A stretch of 64,000 bases of DNA from Haliotis rubra (lineage: Eukaryota), in NCBI RefSeq assembly GCF_003918875.1, contig NW_025767038.1:372001-436000 (forward strand). The letters are read 5' to 3'. The notes below the pieces were generated by a model. That model was not told where the DNA came from. It worked only from the letters and a program-made list of their open reading frames with translations, and ran no database searches. The position numbers were made by a program, and so were the translations under genes. Within the stretch, counting starts at the first letter, position 1. Each line of letters opens with the position of its first letter. Of the stretch, positions 25,628-37,725 are shown one piece after another.

Positions 25628-26285
25628 TGTTATTCTGTGATTTCTTCCTGAAAGTGTACCAAACAGTTTCCGGTATCATGTGCATTCAACATGGTATATT
25701 AAAAACATAATCGGTGACAACAAATTAAAAATACATTACATGGTTGACAGAAGGCAATCTTTCTAAAACAAATAACAAGTCAGTCGGTTATGTTTCCGTA
25801 TGACAGTGAGTGAGTGAGTCACATCGGCAACATCTAAGCCATATCGTGACGAGCCGTATGACAGTACAGATGGAGTTTCCTTTACGTATTATCAGAAGGA
25901 AGAGAGATTCATATTAACTACATCACCTTCGCGATCGTGCAGAATACGGAATAGCTGTCCAGGGTAAATAAATTTGCCAGATGTGTCCAGAAATAATTAC
26001 TTTTAAAAGATGCTGCGTTTCATAAACGATATACATATGTTCAATGTAAGGAATAACTTCATAAAAAAATAATTGTTATATAAAAAGTGCTATTTCTATA
26101 GATATAACACGAAATTATGTTCCATATGAGGAAACTCGAAGTCAACTGAACCATCGAAAGAATGGATTTATGCGCAGTTCAAACCGAACGCAGTAAGTCA
26201 ATCACTTGTTGGCAAAAATCATGACTACATGTTTCGAATTATAGTTCGATTTAACCAAATTTCGCTATTTTAAACGTTTACTTAC

Positions 26286-26355
26286 CGATGTAAAAAGCTG
26301 AAAGTCATTTCTTCCTGTTTCACTGCAAGTGACGTTAATATAAGCCATATATATA
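26286..26355 (-). promoter_or_regulatory. TATA box and non-coding exon 1 of paralog 1
   Basis: GGTATATATA (TATA 26355-26348) and GTAAGT donor at 26285-26280; both conserved in the paralog at 31.2 kb. Confidence 0.7.
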
Positions 26356-27258
26356 CCCAAATGTACCATCAACGACAATTACGATACAGACCACGCACTT
26401 TTTATAAAAAAAATAGGTCTATCTTTTATTTATTTATTGGCACAGCAAGTAGCATGTCAGACGTAATGTGCACGGGAATTGTCATTGTTAAAGGTATTTT
26501 AATTGTCGGATATATTCATTCAACAGCAATTCTGCATTTAAGTTGACATTGATAGTACTATTGAAAGTACAATGAAGGAAGGTATGAATGCCATTTATAT
26601 GTACAACGCTGTATAAACATCGATATATCCGAACGGAAACTAGCTTTACATGCGATAACCTGCCTCACTCAAGTGCTTCCTTATTATTACACCCAAGACA
26701 TAAATGAATCTAATTAAAGCTGAACTGACACGTAAGACACGTATGTGTACCCATCCTTGGGTACGCATTTCGAAGATCACTTAGCGAATGGCAAATGTCT
26801 TTGTTTGCATTGATGGATTGTCTTTATTTTTATGTAAACGAATACTAGTATATATATAAACGGCATGTAAGCTTCTTAAGCGTTTTCAGAGCTCAAATAG
26901 GAATAGAGAATAAGACCTGAATACTTGGTGATAGCTACATCTCACTTGAAAGACATTGATAGTAGATCCGATCTGTGGTAGTCATGAAAACCCGTTAACA
27001 AGTTTCGTCCATGTAATATTTCTGGTTCATACAATGTGTGTGAAACTAATGAATAGTCTTCCGCCTGTTTAAGGTGATAAATTGAACCGACATTTATAAA
27101 TCGGGTGTTGTTGCATCTTGTTACAGAACCATGCAGAGACATGTATGTTGTCTTAACCATCTCTTGTTTCATTATGTATATTGTATAACGACTACGCATG
27201 TATATTATTGTATCCTAAGGTTGCATTATTGCCGTCATAGTACACGGCCCAGATTCGT

Positions 27259-27512
27259 GAGTGAGTGAGTAATTGAGTTTAGTTTTACGCCGCACTCAGC
27301 AATATTCCAGATATATGGCGGCGGTGTGTAAGTAATCGAGTCTGGACCAGACAATCCAGTGATCAACAGCATGAACATCGATCTGCGCAGTTGGGAATCG
27401 CTGACATGTGGCAACCAAGTCAGCGAGTCTGAACACCCGATCTCGTTAGTCGCCTCTTACGACAAGCATGGGTTACTGAAGGTCAATGTTCTAACCCTGA
27501 CCTTCACGGGTT
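27259..27512 (-). mobile_element. SINE family B, full length with target-site duplication
   Basis: 11-bp TSD cccagattcgt at 27248-27258 and 27513-27523. Confidence 0.9.
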
Positions 27513-27839
27513 CCCAGATTCGTATTACAGATGTAAGATGTTTTGTTTGTTTGTTTGTTTAATACCTCACTCAGCAATATTTCAGCTATACACAAAGACA
27601 AAAGTATCGCAACAGCCATATTTGAATATATTGCTGATGTTTGATTCGATGTGTTCGCTATATTACCTGCGTAAACAAATGCGTTCTCACTGTTCTTTGC
27701 ACAGCAAATACTGACACAAAAAGAAAATGTTAAAATGAAAGTTTTGGTAAAGATCATAATAATATGATTTTTTAAAGAAAGGTCAAAAATGGAGAATTTC
27801 GAGTCCAAACAACAATGGCTACAGCATGTCTCAGACAAT

Positions 27840-28455
27840 CCACAACAATACGCGCAGTGTGTGGTCGAGCGTTATTATCCATATACACTGGCCCTTGTGT
27901 TTAGAGGATGGTTGTCCAAATGAGGCACTACAACACTGTACAGGATCCCTGTTTGGTATCGTTGGCCATTAAGGTTGCCTCTTACTGTTACCAGTGGCAC
28001 CTTGCAGTCATATGACAAGCATCCCAAAATCATGTCCGAACCACCGCCAAATGGAACCTGTTCCATGATGTTCCTCTGGGCATATACCATGTTCTTACGT
28101 CGCCAAACACATGATCTACCATCTGTCATGAATAACAGAAAATGACTCTCATCAAATCAGTGAATTCTTCTCCATGACGCATTATTCAAGTGAGTACGTG
28201 TTCGACATCATGCCAATCGTGCTGTGTTGTGGCCACGTGACAACATATGTCTTCCGATAGGTCTTCTGGCACGATATCCAGCAGTTTTAATACGAATACA
28301 GACATGTCTAGGGAATATGCGGCAATGAGGTAACCACTCCCTTTTCAGAACAGTGCTTGTTGCAAATGGATCGTGTCGTACAAGTCTCGAAAGAGCTGCA
28401 TCTTCTCTTTCTGACGTACAGCGTGGCCGACACAGACGGGTACGGTCCATGACGT
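27840..28455 (-). mobile_element. Tc1/mariner transposase pseudogene fragment
   Basis: RPRCTSEREDAALSRLVRHDPFATS... and DGRSCVWRRKN...VPFGGGSDMILG...GNLNGQRY; stops and frameshifts. Confidence 0.85.
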
Positions 28456-29973
28456 CATAAGATGCTGATGCTTACTTACTCAACACTTGACTCGCCTTTG
28501 AGTGAATTTGGGTGTCGCCAGTAAGAAAGAATGTTTACGCTCATTATTCGTCTTAAACACATAGTATCATCACAATCGGGTAATAATCATATAAACACTA
28601 GGTGACCCAGTCCACCCAGCTGTGAATGGGTACCTCGTTAGGATGAGAAAGCCACAATAACTCGGTGCGCCTGGTGGCTGCAAGAGTTGTATACTCCCCA
28701 GGGAGTTGAGAGTGATAATACGATGTGCTGTTGAGATTGACATCCAATGATCGAGGGAAAAAATACCAGCGCCTTGAGCATGCACTAGTTACGTGGATAT
28801 GTGCTCTATATAAATATCCTATAATAATGGTGATGGTATAGTATGTACCGTTAGTGTTGTGTGTTTGGTTTTTGTTTCACCCCAGCGATCAATGTTCAAA
28901 CTATATGATGGCGGTTTGTAAATATTCGTGTCTGGATCACATAATCCAGAGACATCATGTGTATTGTTCTAGGCATTATGGACAGGATGGATGATTTGAA
29001 ATAGGTCTGTAACTGCTATCTGCAGTGAACTAGTTCAACGTGGTTTATGTGTGTTATCAGGGCCGAATGAGTTGAAATTTGATTAGGAATGGCATCAAGA
29101 GTGTATAAGTTGAACCTGTCTCAGAAACGTTATCCGATGTGTATAATTGCGTTTCACAAACAAAATAAAGTTAGAGGTAGTGAAGTTTACCTCTTTGGTG
29201 GAACCTACAAAGAGAATGTGGTTGGGTTGGGTAGGATTCACAACTATGCAGAGTGAAAATATCCCACTGTGCTTCCCCTGTTTGTTACCTGAATTACTGA
29301 TTTGACATAACCATCTATGTAAATTTGTTTTATGATTTTTAAGAAAGAAAACAGACAAAGAGGAAGGGATGCAGTATTTGCATTGTTGGCAAAAGAGTCT
29401 CGGCATATTTAATGAACAAATTGTGAGTCCCTACTTATCGGTAAAAGAACATTATAGATCTAAGTGTTTAATCTTGACCCCAACAAAAATCGACTCAAAT
29501 AATGTTTTGCAAATTACAAGAGATCCACCATTCGATACCTTGACGAACTAGATCACAACAAGGGACACTAGGCCAGAATAATTGAAGCCATATATTTATT
29601 TTGCATCACATTTAGAAATATTAATAATTAGTGTTTCAAATGTAATGCACAAACGTCAAAATGGTAGCGAGTTTTACTTTCTTATATATTGTAGAAGATA
29701 CATTTTGTTACATTTGTATAAATAAGATGTGAAGGTGATACTTTTACAATAGTCATCCAGGGTTGCCCATTTAACTGTACATTCAAACTATTATCTGAAA
29801 GTGCTTTATTTTGTAGTTCGCCTTTTGTTCTGCCAAATGAGTTCACTGTAATGCGATATCAATCATCGCGTGATATGGCTGTATCCCAGCATATGTATTG
29901 AACTATCCTTTGAAAGTGGTTGTAAAATGTCAATAGGTCATAATAACATCAATTGGTTCAAACAGATCGGTAA

Positions 29974-30518
29974 TTATTGAATCAGATCAGGATCAGGAAC
30001 GTGTTCCGTGGTGGTAGTGAGGAGATCAGTAACAGGCTCTGTAGTCGTAGTCTCATGTTCTTCAACGTGGTCGTGGCTTGGTAGAGTTCCTGCAACATAT
30101 ATAACCCATCTCTGGTCAAGTCATCCTGTCATTTGGCATCACAGTGATTCAGAAACTGGCTGACGTTGGTCAAACTAAAACAAGTGTTAGTGGTTCAGTA
30201 CCTCAACACTGAGTGGCGACTATTCACCATGTATTCATACAAAACATCATGTACGCATGAGTCACACAACTCATGCTCGACCCGTTACACATATCCCAAA
30301 AGGTCACACCTTGTAGCAAACACATATTTCTGGAAATACACCGATATTGTCAAGTAGCTGAGTTTCAACTCAAAACGCAACACAGCTTTACAAAGTGTTT
30401 GATTATCGACTGCAATGTATTTGTATACATTAAGAAAATTATACCGACCTGCCACCAACTGGTAAAAGCATGCTGACTGCACGAGTAGAACCATGAGCAA
30501 AAGGCAGCGGCCGTGCAT
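29974..30518 (-). CDS. Small secreted acidic His/Glu/Thr-rich peptide, paralog 2, 61 aa
   Basis: Exons 30518-30449 and 30089-29974: MHGRCLLLMVLLVQSACFYQLVAGTLPSHDHVEEHETTTTEPVTDLLTTTTEHVPDPDLIQ*. Splice sites and frame are conserved with paralog 1; AATAAA at 29600-29595. Confidence 0.85.
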
Positions 30519-31189
30519 TGTTATTCTGTGGAATCTTTCTGAAATTGTCCAAAATAGTTTCCAGTGACATGTGCTTTCAAAATTAAAAACGCAATCGGTG
30601 ACAACAAGAAATTAAAAACACATTACATGGTGGACAGGAGTCAATCCTTCAAGACAGAAGCGACAATTTCCTTTCAATCCATAAGAAATCTCTGCTCAAA
30701 GCAGAGTCGATTGTACTGTTGTGAGCATATCATGAGTATATATAATACAAAGTCAGTCGGTTTATGATAGTACGGGTGGAGTTTCCTTAAGGTATTATCA
30801 GAAGAAAGAGAGCTTCATAATTATTAACGTCAACTTCTACATACGGAATATCTGTCAAGTTTAAATATATTTGCAAGATGTATTCAGAAATAATTACTTT
30901 TAAAGGATGCAGCGTTTTATGAAAGATGGTACACATGTTGCATGTTGAGAATAACTTCATAAATATATTTAGTATAAAAATGTGATATTTTTGTAGATAT
31001 AACATAAAAGTAAGCTCCATATGAGTAAAGCAGTTAACTCGAAGTCAACTAAACCATCGACAAAATTGATTTATGCGTAGTTCTAATCGAACGTTGCTAG
31101 TCGATCGCTCGTTGGCAAAGATCATAACTGGTGTTTCGAGTTATAGTTCGAGATCACAGAAGTTCGCTATATTGTAAATGTTTACTTAC

Positions 31190-31264
31190 TGATATATAGG
31201 CGCTGGAAGTTACTTCTTTCTGTTTCACGACCAGTGAGATTAATAAAAGCCGCACATATATATA
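31190..31264 (-). promoter_or_regulatory. TATA box and non-coding exon 1 of paralog 2
   Basis: GGTATATATA (TATA 31264-31257) and GTAAGT donor at 31189-31184. Confidence 0.7.
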
Positions 31265-31736
31265 CCTAAATGTTCCCACAACGACAATTACGATACGGAC
31301 CACGCACCTTTTAACAGGTTAGGTCTATCTTTTATTTATTTCTTTGCACTAGCAAGTAGGAGGTTAGGCGTAATGCGCACCAGAATTGTCATTGTTAAGT
31401 GTATTTTAATAGTCTGTTATATCCAGTCAACAGCAATTGTACATCTAAGTTTTATTGATAGTGAAACGTAGGGAGCCATCATTAACATTTGTATGTTCGT
31501 TATCGTATGTACAATGTGTATAAAAATCGATGCATCGCCTTCGAAATGAAAAGCTGTAGCCATACATGGGATGGGCTGGCTCACTCAAGACGTGGACCCT
31601 AATTATGACACCCAATACATAAATGAATCTGATTAAAATTGAACAGATACACTCGTGTGTTTTCCCATTCTTGGGTGCGTATTTCCAAGATCACTTGACG
31701 ATGTTTTGTGTTCGGACTGATGGATAGTGTTTATTT

Positions 31737-31879
31737 NNNNNNNNNNNNNNNNNNNNNNNNNNNNNNNNNNNNNNNNNNNNNNNNNNNNNNNNNNNNNNNN
31801 NNNNNNNNNNNNNNNNNNNNNNNNNNNNNNNNNNNNNNNNNNNNNNNNNNNNNNNNNNNNNNNNNNNNNNNNNNNNNNN
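31737..31879. other. Assembly gap
   Basis: Run of N. Confidence 1.
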
Positions 31880-32018
31880 TTTGTTTTGACAGTTCAAACT
31901 AGGAATCCAGAATAACAACAAACTGTTTAGTGATAGAAATAGTTCACATGTAAGACGTTGCAGATTCGATTTGTGGTAGTCATGGAAACCGTTAACGTGC
32001 TTCGTCCATGAGTATATA

Positions 32019-32588
32019 TACGTAACAAACTTTGTTAAGCACCCCCTGACATATCTCACGATTGAATGAGCCCCAATCTTAACCCTTTGGAGCATGTCTG
32101 GGACATGATTGGTCGCCGTGTACAACAAAGGGACCTCCTGTACAGAAACTGGCCCAAATTGAAGGTGCTTTACACGAGGAATGGCGTAGACTGCCCCTTC
32201 AGAGGATCAGGAGGCTGACAGAGGGTATGTGGAGGAGGGTGCTGGCTGTTATACCGGAGGTTACACTCGGTATTGACTTTGATTCGTGTAAGACAAGCAA
32301 AAATGGCATTTTGAATGTTCACATTCACCAATAATTATATATTCAACATTAAACATGCCAGGGCCATACTTGTACAGACATAGTTTTGTATTGAAATCAG
32401 TGGGTGTGTTTTTTTCATCACAAAATCAACATGGATTCCAATCATTTTGTCTTTTTTTTCGTCCAAAAGGATCATCCGAGTCAGAAAAACGCTTGTTTTT
32501 CCATCGTGGTCACCACGAGAAATTTTGTATGCGTGTTGAAAACCTATCATTGCGAACATACAGGTGGTGCTTAATTAAGTTCTTTGTG
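32019..32588 (+). mobile_element. Internally deleted Tc1/mariner derivative with TIRs
   Basis: TIR-like ...ttaagcaccccctg / caggtggtgcttaa..., TA at both flanks, retains the SPNLNPLEHVWD transposase tail. Confidence 0.8.
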
Positions 32589-35055
32589 TATTATTTTAAA
32601 CATCTGGCTCAAGCAATGAAAGTCAAACTGGTGAGTAGCATTCCCAATGTGGAGCGTGATAAATTGAACCTATTTTTCCTTTTTCCTTTACATTACAACA
32701 CTATATGTGTAATGGAGCTTAGTGATTAAAATCTGTGATATACCAGCTGATTCTGGTTCGATCATCATATGGTGGCACAGTGGAAATCGTGTTCGTTTAG
32801 TCCCTTGCCACTGTGTGTCTGGACTATTGCTGAAGCGGCGTACAATGTAACTTCAGCATTACGTTGGGGTGTGCATGCCTAACCTCGATATAGTACCCTT
32901 GCTGATCATTACGTCCAACCTTAGTCTTCCATGCCACCGTAATATGGATGAAATATTGATGACTACGTCAATTAGCAATATTCAAGCTCAAAATAATCGA
33001 TTTGTCATTTCAAATGAAAACAGGTTGAAAATATACATAATTTTGTAGTTTTAACCGAAAAATACGAGTCACTTATCGTATACGTTGGGCAGTTGGTTCA
33101 TATATAGTACCAAGATAACACTGTATGATATAATACTCAATTAGATAATATTCAAATTGAATGAATCAATTACATTTGCTTTGTATGCGATTGTAACCCG
33201 ATCTCACGTGTTGCATGAATCAGTGGGAATTTGGGCATTTTATTATACATATATACAATATACTTCCCAATATAGTTTGGAACCCACTCGCCATAAGGGT
33301 AGAAGGTTTGGTTAAACAGATAGAGCATCATTGGGGATGGATGACTTGTTGACGTGGGAGCTGGGTTAACATCTGTTGACGGTCACTGAATAACAAACTA
33401 TGTTGTACTAACCTGCTGGACCATGGTGTGGACTCTGGCCAGTATATGATGGCAACGATCCTGTAAGCCTGTCTTCTAGGTGAACAGACTTGCAGGGGGA
33501 ACGATGACTCGTTTTCTCGGGGACGCGTGTTGACGATGATGAAATAGTGGTTGTCCAGCTGTTGCACGTCGTGCTGTTATCGACTAAGAGGATACGCGTC
33601 TCCTGACCTACATAGGACTCTAAAGATCTGTCCATGGTATTCTAATCATACAATTGCACACCGAAGAGTGACGGGTCTATAAATGATCTAAGTAATAAAG
33701 TATTTTCGAATATTGGTGCTACGTCGAGGAGACATGCGAGGAATAATAGAATAATAACTATTTGTTCATGTCTGATTTAGAAGCTTGCCCGCCGAATAGT
33801 GTGTGTGGGAATTGTGTGTACAGTGATATGGAAAGAAATGTTTGTGTTGCTGTAGTCCCATGTTGACAGAAAGCATAACATACACATAGTTGTCCAGAAG
33901 CAAGTGTACGTTTCTAGATGTGTAACTTTTCAAATGTATAGATGTACCACGAAATCATTCAACCAGTATAAATATCCGTTTTGAAAACGTCAGGATCAAC
34001 ATATTTACTCTTTATGTTAGCCTGTGATCGGTCAAAATTATTGTCACAGTCATCATGATTGGAGTCGCTGAAACAAACTGAGACTGTTATTTAAAATGTG
34101 TACACTTATCTAACGGTCAATGATCACCCTAAACACACAGAGACGATGCTCTAATTGCATAGTCTTACTTCTCTCTTTCTTGCACCGACAGTATTCCCTA
34201 CGAATGTTGGGAACAAGGCCATAAGGTGATGTTGGTACTTTATGTCAACAACAATCATGTATGTTTCAATTATCATTTTTCAAATACGGATTCCGTGGCA
34301 TGATAGATCTATATGACCAGTACTCGATTCGTATAGCAAGACTTATCGACATTTTCCTCGGTACTTCGAATGATCAAAGGGAGAGCACTTCTACTGTTTC
34401 TGTCTCCACTCGAGTAGCCGAATAAATTCATATAACTTATCATCGTTATGTACCAGTGATGAATATCCATTCACTATTCTTCGGAATTTTCTTGCATTCC
34501 ACGTACTTTCCAAAGGCTCTTTCAACTATATTCATATTCTTTTAAATTGATCAGACGAAATTCTTCATTATATATTAATTTTCCTCAAAAGAAGGCAAGC
34601 AGCACTTTTTAAGAACTTCCAATGCCTCCTTCACTTTCCCCATCCACCCACCAGGCCTCGACGCGTCATAAAAATTCATCTTCATGTTGGAATATTGTGT
34701 TTTGCATCCAAAATAAGCAATTTGTTGATGTTTGATAGTAGGAATCCCATTGGGAATTTAATTTAAAATAGGTCTTCTGCAAGCTTAAAGTTTGTTGGCC
34801 GTAAAAGGATCGAGTGCAGACTCGGTGGAATGGTTGACTGCGTATCATCATACACGGATCCGTCATTCCTTGAAAATAGCTCACTGGATATTGTTCGGGA
34901 CAGACATTATCTAAATGTTGCTGTCACGTATTGGGAATGTTGCAACTGACAGCGTCAAGCATAGACAAAAAAATATATCCTCGACTTGATTTTGTGTTGG
35001 GTATTTGATAACGCTTAGACAAGTGCATGTTGATATTCTACCCTGATAGTGATCA

Positions 35056-35480
35056 AATAATAATACTTATAACGCGCCTTTCCAGGCTTCATATCCTGCT
35101 CAAAGCTCACAAAGGATGCTCAAAGCGCACAATCTGATTATCATTACCCCGGATAACCCAAGCTACCTGTGAGGCGCTAGAAGGTTAATAGTCACATGAC
35201 TTCTTCTACCGGGTACCCATTTTCTGCCTGGTTAACAGAGGCAATTTTGATCAGACTCACTTGCCTAAGGTGAGAGCACATGTATCACTTGTAGTTCGTT
35301 GTGGGGCAGGGGTGAAGTCCTAGAACCTGCCAGGAGTCAAGCTGCCAAATACGGTCACCCATCCAAGAGCTATCCGCGCCGAACGTTGCTTAACTTCAAC
35401 TGATTTGATCAAATGGGAGCCCTTGCAATATGTGACCAAGCTTCACCAAGCGATCATATTGATACCACTGCTGTGCGCCC
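35056..35480 (-). mobile_element. SINE containing a 5S rRNA-like segment, a Deu/Nin-like core and a LINE-type tail
   Basis: Minus strand gaagttaagcaacgttcggcgcggatagctcttggatgggtgaccg (35397-35352) resembles the 5S internal control region; followed by gcctctgttaaccaggcagaaaatgggtacccgg and tail ggaaaggcgcgttataagtattattatt. Confidence 0.7.
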
Positions 35481-37369
35481 ATAAGGCAATATAAGGTGTA
35501 TACAAAACAATGGTCGAGTTTTAGTACCATCATACTTGACAGGTAATCGATGATCCTACTTCAACAGTCGACATATTTGGTCTAGACACGATGAATTACA
35601 GGCTGTTGGATGTACCTCTAAATTTGCTGACGTTGGCATGAAACCGCACACACTCACGTGTGCAACGGAAACTTTATGGAATTGTTTAACGCTGTAGAAA
35701 AGTCCCGAATTACCATTTAAATTAGTAATGGCAAATATCTGAAACACAGCAAACACATCGTACATTACGACATAATCTAAGTAGGAGATAAACATACTGC
35801 GTTGGAAAATCAGAGGTATATAACGAAATTATTATACCTCTGAATGACCTTAATTAACCAATCACAATCTAGTATTAACTGAAGTCATGTAGAATGTTAG
35901 AATGTGGATTATTACGTAGGTGAGTTAGGTTGTAGCAGTCATGCCAAGAATTTTGTTTCTAATACGTAAGAATTCACATTTCCAAGTACTAATCTCAACA
36001 GTAAACTACGGTTGCAACAAACCTTTCATGTACTCTGCTGCCACAAGACGTCACATGTACTTGGTACTTTCCAATCACGTATCATTTTACACAATTGTAA
36101 ATTAAATAATACATAAATGCATGCCCTCCTCAACCGTATGGGGTTTAAAAAATGTCATGATAAACATATTTGTTTAACTCTTTTAAAAGAAGAACTGCGA
36201 TCGGTCAGAATGACAGTCCTAGCCAGCACGATTCGAGCTGTTTAAACAATACCTGGATTGGTATCCTAAATATGTATGGTGCTGATCTGCCATATAATGA
36301 TACTAAATACATAAAGAATACAAAGAAACGCTGCCTAAATTGACCTAGTTCGGGAGAACAAATGGACTACTGCTTTATTATAAACCGTACCCCTTTTAGG
36401 CATGTTTGGTACATAGACAAACAGGAAGCCTGTGAAGTTTAGTGAAGGCCAACCGTTCCGAAAATGTGCCCACAAGATAAAATACCTTTGCTGAGAAGGG
36501 GCATCGCCTTCAGATAATGCGGCAGTAAAGTTTTCTCCCCCACCCGTACTAACAATTTATCGTCTCGTGTTATATGAAAATTGTCATTTCAAGTGAAAAC
36601 AGTTAATATAATGTTCAAAAACGTTTTAACCGAAAAGTACGTCTGACGTATTGGTAAATAAAACGCAGCACCAAACATGTGGTCTACAGCAATCCATGCC
36701 CCTTTCTCGCTGCCGTAAATGAAAGGGAGAAAGCAATGCCCCCTGTCTGCCACCATACATTGTAGATGTATGATCGTATTTCTAGGACTTACACACTGCG
36801 GGACGATATATTATACGACCGCATCGGTAAGTGGAAACCACGCTTATTGATTACATTCGGAACATGTGTTCGCAAAGGTGTTACCTGCATCAATACAGAT
36901 CAATATCTGTAATGCTGTACGGTGAAGTTTTATGCGGTGGTTCGGGATATGCAGCTTACAACATTATGAATGGTCTGTGAGCATTCAAGAACAGGACTAC
37001 TGTGATCGTTATAATCTGACTTGCAATATCAATATGTTATAATCATGTAATATATACATACACTCATTTCATATCAATGCATTTTCCATGATTAATGCAT
37101 TTTACATGGAGAGGGGATGACATTAATTAAATATTTGTGACCGAATGGACTCTCCCCGTGGGTCCCAACATAGTGTGAAATCTTGAAAGAATGAATTAAC
37201 GGATAGTTTAACAAAGTTTATTAAACATGCATGTTACCAGTAACTATGTCTTGTTTCATGATAGTTATTTTCTAACGCCTACGCATATAGATGTTTTTAT
37301 CTTAAGGCTGTATTATTGCCTTCATAGTACAGATTCAGTCACATATATAAGATGTCTTGTTTGGTTACT

Positions 37370-37563
37370 ATGTGGCGACGATCTGTACGTAATCGAGTCT
37401 GTACCAGTCAATCTAGTGATCAACAACATGAATATTGATCTACGCAACTGGGATACGATGACATGTGTCAACCAGTTCAGCGAACCTGACCACCCGATGC
37501 CGTTACTTGCCTCTTACAACAAGCTTAGGTTGCTGGAGATCAGTTCTAACCCGTATCTTCACG
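37370..37563 (-). mobile_element. SINE family B (diverged)
   Basis: Similar to 27259-27512. Confidence 0.8.
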
Positions 37564-37725
37564 TTTAACACAGATGTAAGAAACACGTAACCAGGTTCTT
37601 CCTGCTTGGTATACATGAACTTTATTGATAATGTAGAGAAAGGAAGCAGCATGGCGCATCATAAGAAACAACTATTTCCAGTAGACGGTGACAAATGTTG
37701 CTGCCGCAGTCGCGGAATGTTGCGT

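Larger units (their letters stand above)
24180..32010. repeat. Older tandem duplication: ~24180-27010 versus ~29345-32010
   Basis: Colinear but clearly diverged sequence covering both peptide genes and their flanks. Confidence 0.9.

Noticed and set aside
35352-35404. Functional 5S rRNA gene
   Set aside because: Only a partial, diverged segment embedded in a SINE-like body.
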